64,000 nt of DNA, taken from Macrostomum lignano (Eukaryota). Location: contig NIVC01000474.1 of assembly GCA_002269645.1 (NCBI GenBank), forward strand, positions 33,006-97,005, in the 5' to 3' direction. Within the stretch, counting starts at the first letter, position 1, and the number at the start of each line of letters is the position of its first letter. The notes beneath the pieces are model-generated. The model made no database searches and was not told the DNA's origin. It saw only the letters and a list, made by a program, of their open reading frames with translations. Shown one piece after another: positions 1 through 10,630 of this stretch. The translations under genes and the position numbers were made by a program.

Positions 1-65
1 GCCTTCACCTGCGACTTCTGCCTCAGCCGTGCTGTCTGCGACTGGACACCAATCAGCACTGCCCG

Positions 66-993
66 TGGGATTCTACACTGAGTGAGATCCCTTCCTGTGT
101 GTTTATGGGGATTCTGCACTGAGTGAGATCCCTTTCTGTGTGTTTATGGGGATTCTGCACTGAGTGAGATCCCTTCCTGTGTGTTTATGGGGATTCTAAA
201 CTGAGTGATATCCCTTCCTGTGTGTTTATGGGGATTCTGCACTGAGTGAGATCCCTACCTTTGTGTTTATGGGGATTCTGCACTGAGTGAGATCCCTTCC
301 TGTGTGTTTATGGGGATTCTGCACTGAGTGAGATCCCTTCCTGTGTTTGTGGAGATTCTGCACTGAGTGAGATCCCTTCCTGTGTTTATGGGGATTCTGC
401 ACTGAGTGAGATCCCTACCTTTGTGTTTATGGGGATTCTGCACTGAGTGAGATCCCTACCTTTGTGTTTATGGGGATATTGCACTGAGTGATATCCCTTC
501 CTGTGTGTTTATGGGGATTCTACACTGAGTGATATCCCTTCCTGTGTGTTTTTGGGGATTCTACACTGAGTGAGATCCCTTCCTGTGTGTTTATGGGGAT
601 TCTGCACTGAGTGAGATCCCTACCTGTGTGTTTATGGGGATTCTACACTGAGTGAGATCCCTTCCTCTGTGTTTATGGGGATTCTACACTGAGTGAGATC
701 CCTTCCTGTGTGTTTATGGGGATTCTGCACTGAGTGAGATCCCTTCCTGTGTTTATGGGGATTCTGCACTGAGTGAGATCCCTTCCTGTGTTTATGGGGA
801 TTCTGCACTGAGTGAGATCCCTTCCTGTGTGTTTATGGGGATTCTGCACTGAGTGATATCCCTTCCTGTGTTTGTGGGGATTTTGCACTGAGTGAGATCC
901 CTACCTTTGTGTTTATGGGGATATTGCACTGAGTGATATCCCTTCCTGTGTGTTTATGGGGATTCTGCACTGAGTGAGATCCCTTTCTGTGTA
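66..993. repeat. Minisatellite, 39-41 bp unit GAGTGAGATCCCTTCCTGTGTGTTTATGGGGATTCTGCACT, about 23 copies
   Basis: Unit recurs at 80, 121, 162 and onward; ORFs 673..888 and 833..1024 are translations of it. Confidence 0.97.
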
Positions 994-1006
994 TGAGGAT
1001 TCTGTT

Positions 1007-1577
1007 CATAGGGTGAGTGTCCATAGGGAGAGTGTCTATAGGGTGAGTGTCTATAATAAGGTGAGTGTCTATATGGTGAGTGTCTATAGGGTGAGTGTCT
1101 ATAGGATGTCTATAGGGTGAGTTTCCATAGGGAGGGTGTCTATAGGGAGACTGTCTAAAGGGAGAGTGTCTATAGGGTGAGTGTCTAAAGGGTGAGTATC
1201 TATAGGGAGAGTGTCTATAGGGTGAGTGTCTAAAGGGTGAGTGCCTATAGGGTGAGTGTCTATAGGGTGAGTGTCTATAGGGTGAGTGTCTAAAGGGTGA
1301 GTGTCTATAGGGTGAGTGTCTATAGGGTGAGTGTCTATAGGGTGAGTGTCTAAAGGGTGAGTGTCTAAAGGGTGAGTGTCTAAAGGGTGAGTGCCTATAG
1401 GGTGAGTGTCTATAGGGTGAGTGTCTAAAGGGTGAGTGTCTAAAGGGTGAGTGCCTATAGGGTGAGTGTCTAAAGGGTGAGTGTCTATAGGGAGAGTGTC
1501 TAAAGGGTGAGTGTCTATAGGGAGAGTGTCTATAGGGAGAGTGTCTATAGGGTGAGTGTCTAAAGGGTGAGTGCCCA
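1007..1577. repeat. Minisatellite, 15 bp unit CTATAGGGTGAGTGT, about 38 copies
   Basis: Directly visible; produces the (DTHPI)n ORF 1099..1578. Confidence 0.97.
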
Positions 1578-2052
1578 TTACTTCGGGTAAAAATTAGCTA
1601 TTTACTGTTGACATGAACTTCGACAAGCAATTTGCGTTCTCAATGCTGCTTTCCGTATTTCCTCTAAACAACAGCAAAAAGTGACTTTGCTTCAACAGCT
1701 CGGCCGTTTAAACAAAATATAATCACCGTCTTAAACGAACCACGTACTCCGAGGGAGAACTCAGCAAAGAAGTTTCAATAAGAGCAACCTTATCCCCTGA
1801 AACAGGCTCCCCCCACCCATCTGCTTGCCTTCGCTGGCCAGGCAACCAAAAACCACAGGCCGCACCCTTTTTGAAAGCACTCTGGGGCTCTGGAAAAGCA
1901 TGGAATCATAATTTTCGTCTAAAATATCAAAAATAAAATAGATGCAATCTTAAAAGTGTCAAATGCATTTCATTATGAAGCAAAATGGATGAAAGCTTTC
2001 TGACCGCCCTTTTGAGCCTTCCAATGCTAGCTATACCCCCCCCCCCACATCA

Positions 2053-2505
2053 TGCCCCTCACTCGCCTCACTCCCTGCCTCTCACCCACCTCACTCCCCT
2101 GCTCCTCACCCACCTCACTCCCCTGCTCCTCGCCCACCTCACTCCCCTGCCCTACATCTCACTCCCCTGCCCTACATCTCACTCCCCTGCCCTACATCTC
2201 ACTCCCCTGCCCTACATCTCACTCCCCTGCCCTACATCTCACTCCCCTGCCCTACATCTCACTCCCCTGCCCTACATCTCACTCCCCTGCCCTACATCTC
2301 ACTCCCCTGCCCCTCATCCACCTCACTCCCCTGCTCCTCGCCCACTTCACTCTCCTGCCCATCACCCACCTCACTCCCCTGCTCCTCACCCTCCTCATTC
2401 TCCTGCTCCTCATCCATCTCACTCCCCTGCCCTACATCTCATTCCCCTGCCCTACATCTCACTCCCCTGCCCCGCACCCACCTCACTCCCCAGCCCCACA
2501 CCTCA
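2053..2505. repeat. C-rich minisatellite, about 20 bp unit CTCACTCCCCTGCCCTACAT
   Basis: Directly visible; ends about 20 bp upstream of the acceptor of exon 2524-2925. Confidence 0.95.
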
Positions 2506-2523
2506 CTCCTTAAACATTCTAAG

Positions 2524-5500
2524 TGCCACCAGATCAAGCCGTCCAAAGCCGCTACACTGCATTTCAGCCGGGAGATTCGCGAAAAATGGGACGCGGAGTT
2601 TCTGCGCCAGCGTTGCCAGCTGATCGCTGCGCTCAGTCGCAGCCTCGAATACTTCACGGAGGGCATCATCTGGAGCGAGTCGACCGCCAGCTTGGGCCTC
2701 ATGGACGACGCTATGGAGGCAAAAATTCGTGCCCTGACGGACGGACTGCCGCCTCAAGGCAGCTACGGCAGCATGTGGCACACACCTGCGCCCCTGACGC
2801 AACAGGTGCTGGTGCCGCAGCTGCTGCCGCACGCCAACTTGGTGGTGCAGCAGTCGGTGTTAATCCAACTATCAATCATCGGATATTCTTTCTACGATGG
2901 TGCCAAAGTTCGGTTCAGGTGTTCGGTAAGGCTGTTTCTGATAGTAAAACTTTTGAAAGTGCTCTTGATAAGGTGCTGATAAAATATTGTTATCTTCAGT
3001 CATTCGCTCGTATCTACGAGTAAGCTCTTATTGGTTCATTCAGAAAAATTTCCGAAAATTGAACAATTTTCGCACAATTTTAGGCAGTTTTGACTCGCCT
3101 GATAACAAGGTAAACGGAGTAATTAACTTTGGTTTATAGTCCAGGAAGGAAAAGGACGTTTGTTGAAAATTCTTAGTCACCCTGTCACTAGATACCGAAC
3201 GCTTACTTCGCAATACTTGCGTAAAAGGGTGCATGAAAAAGTGCCACTAATTCTAATCTTTATTTTCTCATACGCAAACACAGACTTGTGACGTTGTTTT
3301 TAAATTCCAATAAAACTTCTGAGCCACTGTGGATCGGATGCGTCCATCTAGCCACATTTCAGTTGAATGAATTTTCTGTGGAACTGTTGAGAGGTGGCCC
3401 TTCATTATAAATCCAGTTAGCCTCGATGTGCATGAAGTGAGGTGGGTGCAGGGAGTGAGGTGGGTGCAGGGAGTGAGGTGGGTGCAGGGAGTGAGGTGGG
3501 TGCAGGGAGTGAGGTGGGTGCAGGGAGTGAGGTGGGTGCAGGGAGTGAGGTGGGTGCAGGGAGTGAGGTGGGTGCAGGGAGTGAGGTGGGTGCAGGGAGT
3601 GAGGTGGGTGCAGGGAGTGAGGTGGGTGCAGGGAGTGAGGTGGGTGCAGGGAGTGAGGTGGGTGCAGGGAGTGAGGTGGGTGCAGGGAGTGAGGTGGGTG
3701 CAGGGAGTGAGGTGGGTGCAGGGAGTGAGGTGGGTGCAGGGAGTGAGGTGGGTGCAGGGAGTGAGGTGGGTGCAGGGAGTGAGGTGGGTGCAGGGAGTGA
3801 GGTGGGTGCAAGGAGTGAGGTGGGTGCAAGGAGTGAGGTGGGTGTGCGGACTGAGGAAGATGTTAATAAGCAAACGATGGAATCGTTAGGCTTCAGATCT
3901 CAGAAACGAGTTGTCAGGAATGCCTCTCACGGACATGCGGCTGGATTGGCGATCTTCAGAGGGCTTCGTAACACAGACAGGATTCGTCATTTTAATTCCT
4001 TCTGTCCGGATAGTCAGATATTTAGCATTGTTTTGTATATCCTGTTTTTCGAAACTTTCTCTATCTTTATCGACTAGATAAATACGAAGTAAGTACGCAA
4101 AAATTAATCGGCATATCTTTGGTTGACCGATCCGTTCTAACCCGTTCATATGTTGTTCAAATGGTTGGAACTGCAGTTGTCGCTGTTAGTAGTATGTTTT
4201 CTTTGCTAATTTAGAATCAGCTTAGAGATGCTCTAAGCTCTAAACTATTTCTTGCACCAATAGTATAAACTTGGCCCTCAACCTAACGACCTGATCATCT
4301 CCGCCCCGACCACTGAGTTTTTTTACCCAGGCAGCATTGTTGAATTGCTGGGCAATGGACTTCCGGATGATCATTCCGCGGTCAACAGTTTTTTGCGACC
4401 ATATTAAAATAATTAGATGGAGGCAACATCAAAGTTTTTTTTTCTAGGATCATTCACGCGACTACGCTGGCGAGTCCCGTGACTCACGCAATTCCTAGCC
4501 CGTCCCGTGACTCATTCATTTCTTACCCAAGGACAACTGAAGTAGTAGGACGCAACACTCGCGTATCGTGTAATTTTTATTGGAGGCCTGGTCTTCACAT
4601 ATATGTAATTTTCGACTAGTTGCACGTAGAAAGCTAATTCTTTCGGTGTTAGGTCCAGAATTTTGTTTTTCGTTAAAATGTCAGTAATAAAATAGTAGAC
4701 TACATGTATAAGCAGCGTACAGTTAAGTAGAGTGAAAACAACGCAATTTCGTGCAATTTAAAATTTACAATTCCTGTCACAATTCCTGGTCAATTGCGAA
4801 AACGATTTTTTAGTTTGTAAACTAATAATCTCATTAAGCAAGTGTAAAATAAAACAGTTTATGTATTTTAGAAAATTTCACTGTCAAATGCCATTTGTTT
4901 ATTATTACGAGTATCAAAAAAGTGAATAAATTTTTGGCTTGCGTTAGAGTGAGACAAAACGGAAAACAAAAAAACTGATGAAAAACAATAGCAAACTCGA
5001 CAAAGCATCTGCGACGAAGCAGAAATTTACCTGAAGGACCTGGATCTGGATCTATAATAAGTATAAAAAATTTGCTTTGTAAACATGGTCTCTTGTTGAC
5101 ATTTGTGATATAAAGAAACATTGTTTGTCAGCAAAAAAGAAAACAAGAAAACCAGTATTTCACAAATCCAAATTAAAAAATGCATATTGTTATTGGCCAT
5201 TAAAGGAACGTGGTATAATTATTTTAATTAGTAGGTGAAGTCAGCTTATCAAGTTTAGTAAGAAATGAAAACCTGAATGATTTATTACAACACACACAGT
5301 CCTGTGCTCTATTTGTAGCGGTCGAATCCTAGGCTTATGTACGTAGAACTTTATACGGCTTACGGGCCTCCAAAAAAATTTCCACGAAAGCTGACTGTCG
5401 CGTCCTATATATAACGTAACTTCAGTTGTCCTTGTTCTTACCCCGTCCCGTGACTCACTCAATTCCTACCCCGTCCTGTGACTCACTCAATTCCTACCCC

Positions 5501-6980
5501 GTCCTGTGACTCACTCAATTCCTACCCGTCCCCTGACTCACTCAATTCCTAGCCCGTCCCGTGACTCACTCAATTCCTACCCCGTCCCGTGACTCACTCA
5601 ATTCCTACCCCGTCCCGCGACTCACTCAATTCCTACCCCGTCCTGTGACTCACTCAATTCCTACCCCGTCCCGCGACTCACTCAATTCCTAGCCCGTCCC
5701 GTGACTCACTCAATTCCTACCCGTCCCGTGACTCACTCAATTCCTAGCCCGTCCCGTGACTCACTCAATTCCTACCCCGTCCCGCGACTCACTCAATTCC
5801 TAGCCCGTCCCGTGACTCACTCAATTCCTACCCCGTCCCGCGACTCACTCAATTCCTAGCCCGTCCCGTGACTCACTCAATTCCTAGCCCGTCCCGTGAC
5901 TCACTTAATTCCTACCCGTCCCCCGACTCACTCAATTCCTACCCCGTCCCGTGACTCACTCAATTCCTACCCCGTCCCGCGACTCACTCAATTCCTAGCC
6001 CGTCCCGTGACTCACTCAATTCCTAGCCCGTCCCGTGACTCAATCATTTTCTACCCCGTCCCATGACTTCGGGGGGAGTGGCTGCCTCGACTGGATTATC
6101 TGGGCGCTGGAAATACTTAATCGAAAAGAAACTAAAATTTTCTAAATCTAAATTTCTCTTTTTTATAAATAATTAATGCAACAAACAATTCGCAGCAATG
6201 CCCTAAGGAGTGGACTTCGATGAAGGGCCGGATCGTGTTCCACCTGTTCAGGCTGGAGGGCGCCACGCCTCTGCTGGATCCGCAGACCAGCGAGGTGCTG
6301 CTGCCAAGAGGGTACAGCCTGTACTTTCGGCTATTCAAACAGCAGTGCCACGAGACCAAGGGCCACCGGCAGGGAGAGCACACTGTGTTTGAGGAGCCAC
6401 AGTGGTATCCTGAAGAAATTGAAAAGGTAAACTCTGGTTCTGAGGAGCCTGCGAACCTGGGAAGTGACTCTGCGAGTGACTCTGCGAGTGACTCTGCGAG
6501 TGACTCTGCGAGTGACTCTGCGAGTGACTCTGCGAGTGACTCTGCGAGTGACTCTGCGAGTGACTCTGCGAGTGACTCTGCGAGTGACTCTGCGAGTGAC
6601 TCTGCGAGTGACTCTGCGAGTGACTCTGCGAGTGACTCTGCGAGTGACTCTGCGAGTGACTCTGCGAGTGACTCTGCGAGTGACTCTGCGAGTGACTCTG
6701 CGAGTGACTCTGCGAGTGACTCTGCGAGTGACTCTGCGAGTGACTCTGCGAGTGACTCTGCGAGTGACTCTGCGAGTGACTCTATGCTTTTCGCTTCTAG
6801 GTGCTGTACAACGTGTTCTGGCGCATCGGCCAAACCCTGTACAAGGTGAGCATCGGGGACAAGACTGTGCAGATGTGGCGCCGAGCTGGCAATCCGAGCC
6901 AGAAGCACGACAAGAGCAGCTGCCAGGCCTGCCAGCAGGGCTTCTGCCAGGGCAAGGCAGCCCCGGCTCCCACTAACTAA
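2524..6980 (+). CDS. Receptor-transporting-protein-like zf-3CxxC domain protein (5' end not resolved); exons 2524-2925, 6196-6426, 6801-6980
   Basis: Phase-0 GT-AG joins give ...GYSFYDGAKVRFRCS|QCPKEWTSMKGRIVFHLF...LYFRLFKQQCHET...FEEPQWYPEEIEK|VLYNVFWRIGQTLY...HDKSSCQACQQGFC...stop at 6978-6980. This follows the RTP4 pattern recalled from memory (FRCSSC..W.S, VRMRLFGQRC, EMPEFS, HDTANCEACTLGIC). Bases 2-64 may be the end of an upstream exon (donor GT at 65). Confidence 0.78.
3436..3845. repeat. G-rich minisatellite, 18 bp unit GGGAGTGAGGTGGGTGCA, about 23 copies, in an intron of the RTP-like gene
   Basis: Directly visible; source of ORFs 3268..4077. Confidence 0.97.
5439..6068. repeat. Minisatellite, about 28 bp unit AATTCCTACCCCGTCCCGTGACTCACTC, about 22 copies; two related units also at about 4475-4530
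   Basis: Unit recurs at 5461, 5489 and onward. Confidence 0.95.
6463..6783. repeat. 12 bp tandem repeat AGTGACTCTGCG, about 27 copies, filling intron 6427-6800
   Basis: Lies between donor GTAA at 6427 and acceptor CTAG ending at 6800; source of the (SDSA)n and (LAES)n ORFs. Confidence 0.97.
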
Positions 6981-7133
6981 TTGAAAACTTTACGGCTTAG
7001 ACTTTGGTACTTTTGCAGTTTTTGATGCACGATATGCTGAAATAGAGAAGACAGCTGGAGAAGAGTCATTGGACTACAATACTCATAGAAATGGAGTAGA
7101 GACAGATGGCCCTTAATGAGGGGCGAATAGAAA

Positions 7134-7350
7134 TGAGGTGGGTGTCAGGCTAGAAATTTTACCAGCCAATCAGCGCGTGCCTACTTTGAGCGACGGGGTA
7201 TAGAGATAACAGTTGATAAAAGCGTTGAACAGGGTAGGGGGTGCTGGAATTGAGGTGGGTGTCAGGCCAGAGATTTCACCAGCCAATCAGCGCGTGCCTA
7301 CTTTGAGCGACGGGGTATAGAGATAACAGTTGATAAAAGCGTTAAACAGG
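7134..7350. repeat. Direct duplication of about 100 bp (7134-7233 and 7251-7350)
   Basis: Both copies read TGAGGTGGGTGTCAGGC...CCAGCCAATCAGCGCGTGCCTACTTTGAGCGACGGGGTATAGAGATAACAGTTGATAAAAGCGTT.AACAGG. Confidence 0.9.
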
Positions 7351-8250
7351 GGGCGCTGAGATTTCACTATCTTATCAGCGCGCGCCACATTAAAACGAGA
7401 TGGCTATCGACAAAAAGGCTGGATACGAGCTATAACATGCTGAGACTGTAAGGCGAACTAATATTAAACAAACACTCGTCTAAAACCTTCATGATGCGCC
7501 TTCGTGGCTCGAACACTCCAAATACTAAGCTCGCTTTTTTACAAAACCAAGGTAATCATTCAGATCCGGCTAGCTAGGACATTCGATATAACATATTATG
7601 ATATTATATTTACAGGTGGCTACAATTCTCTCTAAAAATACTACTCAACAAATTTCCGATTTAGTAGCGTAGCAAGAACATGCGTACGACATTCCCTTAA
7701 TTTAAATTTTCTTTCCAGTCAACAGTGAACTCGCTACTAAGAAGCTTCGTTATTCTATTGTTTTTACTTAAAAAAGCAGTGTGAATCTGACAATTTTTTT
7801 ACGCTTTTGTTGTCTATCTAACAAATTATAGTCTAGCTATCTTACACATTTATTTATATTTCTAATCATTTCTGAAAGCACTTTTCCTTAAGTTGGTGTC
7901 GGTCTGATCGATAATAAATATTTTAAGAATTAATTACCACCTCTATAATTTGCTTCCCTCGACTTCTTGCGTCGCTGCTCACATGAAACTTTATCGTTAT
8001 AAACCGTTATGCTACTATTAAATATATTAAATATACTTACAGGCTGTGAAGTCTATTAACTAGCGACAGAATCAACTGTGTGCAAACGAAAAAGTTTTAC
8101 ATTTTTTACCTCCTTTATCTGGGATTGATGGAGATTAATGGATAATTTCTCATCTCGAAGGTAAACGACTTTCCAAATCCGATCTCCTTAATGCATTTGT
8201 CTCGTCCCAAGGCTGTCTGCGGTAGAACATCATTATTTAATGAGGAGTGC

Positions 8251-8591
8251 ATTCTGCAACATATTCTGCAACATATTCTGCAACATATTCTGCAACATAT
8301 TCTGCAACATATTCTGCAACATATTCTGCAACATATTCTGCAACATATTCTGCAACATATTCTGCAACATATTCTGCAACATATTCTGCAACATATTCTG
8401 CAACATATTCTGCAACATATTCTGCAACATATTCTGCAACATATTCTGCAACATATTCTGCAACATATTCTGCAACATATTCTGCAACATATTCTGCAAC
8501 ATATTCTGCAACATATTCTGCAACATATTCTGCAACATATTCTGCAACATATTCTGCAACATATTCTGCAACATATTCTGCAACATATTCT
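8251..8591. repeat. 12 bp tandem repeat ATTCTGCAACAT, about 28 copies
   Basis: Directly visible; source of ORFs 8115..8662. Confidence 0.98.
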
Positions 8592-8750
8592 GTAACAAAA
8601 GTACACTAGGTACTTTTGCTTTTCCGCTTAAAACACGCAGATTGGAAACCTTTAAGGTGTGAATATTGATATGTTGCTAATTGTTAAAAAAATTCAACTA
8701 GAAATTTTTTATAGATATGTTGAAGTTTTCCTTCAAGTCGCGCATGCTCC

Positions 8751-8818
8751 AGCCAAGGACTACTTAACAACTCAGGACGTTACACGCTTACTGTTAAGCT
8801 GTTAAGTAGTCCTTGGCT
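8751..8818. repeat. Perfect 19 bp inverted repeat with 30 bp spacer
   Basis: AGCCAAGGACTACTTAACA (8751-8769) and TGTTAAGTAGTCCTTGGCT (8800-8818) are exact reverse complements. Confidence 0.85.
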
Positions 8819-9464
8819 CCAGCGCACTGATATTTTACTTAAACCAGTAAAAACGCAGCGATTTCAAAAACTGAAAAAAACTTACAATTAATTGGACGCA
8901 GTCTTCGAAAAATATGGAAAAAGACGCTCTCCGTCTGTCACGCTTTTTGCTCGATGTAAATTGTACACTCAATGTACACAAAACACTGCCTGTAATCTCC
9001 CAGCCTCGCCTTTTAAATAATTTTTTTCCAAAAGTTTTTTGTGTTACCATGGCGACAGAGTCAGTAAAGCTGAAACAAAAAAATGAATGATGAAGACAAA
9101 TTGGCGGCTGGTGATCGACCGAAGGGACCGGATTCGCAAGTTCTGTAAGAAATCAATAAGCCGAATAAACTTACAATAAAATGACAACACAGCGGGTATA
9201 TGAAACGCCAAGCTAAAAGTACAAATAATTTCAACTAAAGAAAGACAGATGCCGCGAGAAACAGAGGGTTGGGGAGGGGCAAGGAGCGGGGGAGCAGCGA
9301 ATACTTCAGGTGGACAGAGCGATTTACAACGGACGCATAAACAGCGCATGAATTGGTTTTAAGCAAAGCCCGACAAGCAAGAAGTGTAAATGGAAGTGAG
9401 AAAGAGACATGATTGAGGGACAGTTGAAGCCATCTAGTATGAAGAAAAGTGTCGGATGTCGGCT

Positions 9465-10199
9465 TTAGATCCGATTAGTCCAGGCGTCAACTACAGAATC
9501 GAACGCGTAATTCTCGCCAAAGTTGTTGTCCCAAAAGGTCTGGCCGCAGGTGCGGTAGGCCACGCAGAAGGCGACCCGGTAGCGGCCTGGCGGGGCCGAC
9601 GTGACAGCCGCCGGGCCGCCGGGCAGGGCCAGGCTGAAGCTGAACCGGTCGGTCATGCCGCTGCTAGAGTGCGGCACGTACTCTGCACCGACCTCCGAGC
9701 TGCTGCGCCACGAGTCGAAGCTGACCCGCACAGTTACCGACTTCTCGAAAGCGAGATTCGCCACGCAGATGTAGCCGCAAATTTCTCCAGTTAGGGGCGC
9801 GTATGCGGCGCTCTCCAGCACCACCTTCTGGGCCATGACGCGGGCGTTGAAACCCGCCGAGTGGCCCGGCTGTGAAAAAATCGGCCGGAGGGTTGTCTGC
9901 AGGCGCTGCTGCTGCTGCTGCGAGTCTCCGCCGATCGCGGCGGCGACGGCGGGGAGAAAATTCGAGTCCGTGTCCGCATCCTCGCTTCCGGTGCCGTCGC
10001 CCAGTTCCAAGTCGCTGATTGCTTCCGGCGGAATTTCCGGCGGATTGTCCGGGTCCAGCACGTGCTTGACGTTGATGAGCTCCAGGCCGAAAGCGTCGGC
10101 AAAGCGGACGGCTTTCTTCACCAGCGACGGCGTGCCGGGCGGCGTCTTTTTGGATTTCAACGACGACGAACGCTTTGCCAGCTGTCGGATGTTCAACAT
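9465..10199 (-). CDS. PPP1R3: Protein phosphatase 1 glycogen-targeting regulatory subunit (PPP1R3 family, CBM21 domain)
   Basis: RVxF-type motif KKAVRFAD; CBM21 motifs GYICVANLAFEKSVTVRVSFDSW and FCVAY...FWDNNFGENY. N-terminus may extend into ORF 10193..10630. Confidence 0.92.
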   Translation of the reverse strand: MLNIRQLAKRSSSLKSKKTPPGTPSLVKKAVRFADAFGLELINVKHVLDPDNPPEIPPEAISDLELGDGTGSEDADTDSNFLPAVAAAIGGDSQQQQQRLQTTLRPIFSQPGHSAGFNARVMAQKVVLESAAYAPLTGEICGYICVANLAFEKSVTVRVSFDSWRSSSEVGAEYVPHSSSGMTDRFSFSLALPGGPAAVTSAPPGRYRVAFCVAYRTCGQTFWDNNFGENYAFDSVVDAWTNRI

Positions 10200-10630
10200 G
10201 TCGTCGGGTTGATCACCCCGTTGCTGGATTCGCTATCCAAGGCGCTGCCTACGCCACCTGCTGCGCCACCGATGCCACCGTCAGCAGCTGCGGCTGCTGC
10301 TCCTCGTTCCACTCGTTCGTGAGCTTCAAAAAAGTTGGCCGGACCCGGCCGGCTGCCGCGCAGTTCCGCCAGAGCCAGCGACAGGCTGTCAACCACCGGC
10401 GCCGCTGACCCGTCTGGAGTGGTGGCTTCCAGCGAGGGCGGATCGACGAAAACCATCGTCAGTGGAGGCGGCGTACATCGACGCCTGCGGTCTCTGGGGC
10501 TGTGCGGCCGCGTTTGCTGCTGCTGCTGCTGCTGCTGTTGTTGTTGTTGCTGCTTCGGCAGCGTCGGTGGCGGCTGCTGCTTTTTCCTAGCAGGCCCGTT
10601 ATTGTTCCCACTTTCCAACGGGGCAGACAT
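10193..10630 (-). CDS. Upstream polyQ/low-complexity ORF (145 aa) overlapping the PPP1R3 start; probable N-terminal part of the same gene
   Basis: ATG at 10630, GC-rich coding-like composition; stop TGA overlaps the downstream ATG (ACATGTTGA) in a different frame. Confidence 0.5.
   Translation of the reverse strand: MSAPLESGNNNGPARKKQQPPPTLPKQQQQQQQQQQQQQTRPHSPRDRRRRCTPPPLTMVFVDPPSLEATTPDGSAAPVVDSLSLALAELRGSRPGPANFFEAHERVERGAAAAAADGGIGGAAGGVGSALDSESSNGVINPTTC

Noticed and set aside
6132-8662. Repeat-peptide ORFs (LAES, SDSA, TLRV, CRIC, LQHI, SATY)
   Set aside because: Translations of perfect 12-bp repeats open in several frames on both strands; the 6463-6783 array lies inside a GT-AG intron.
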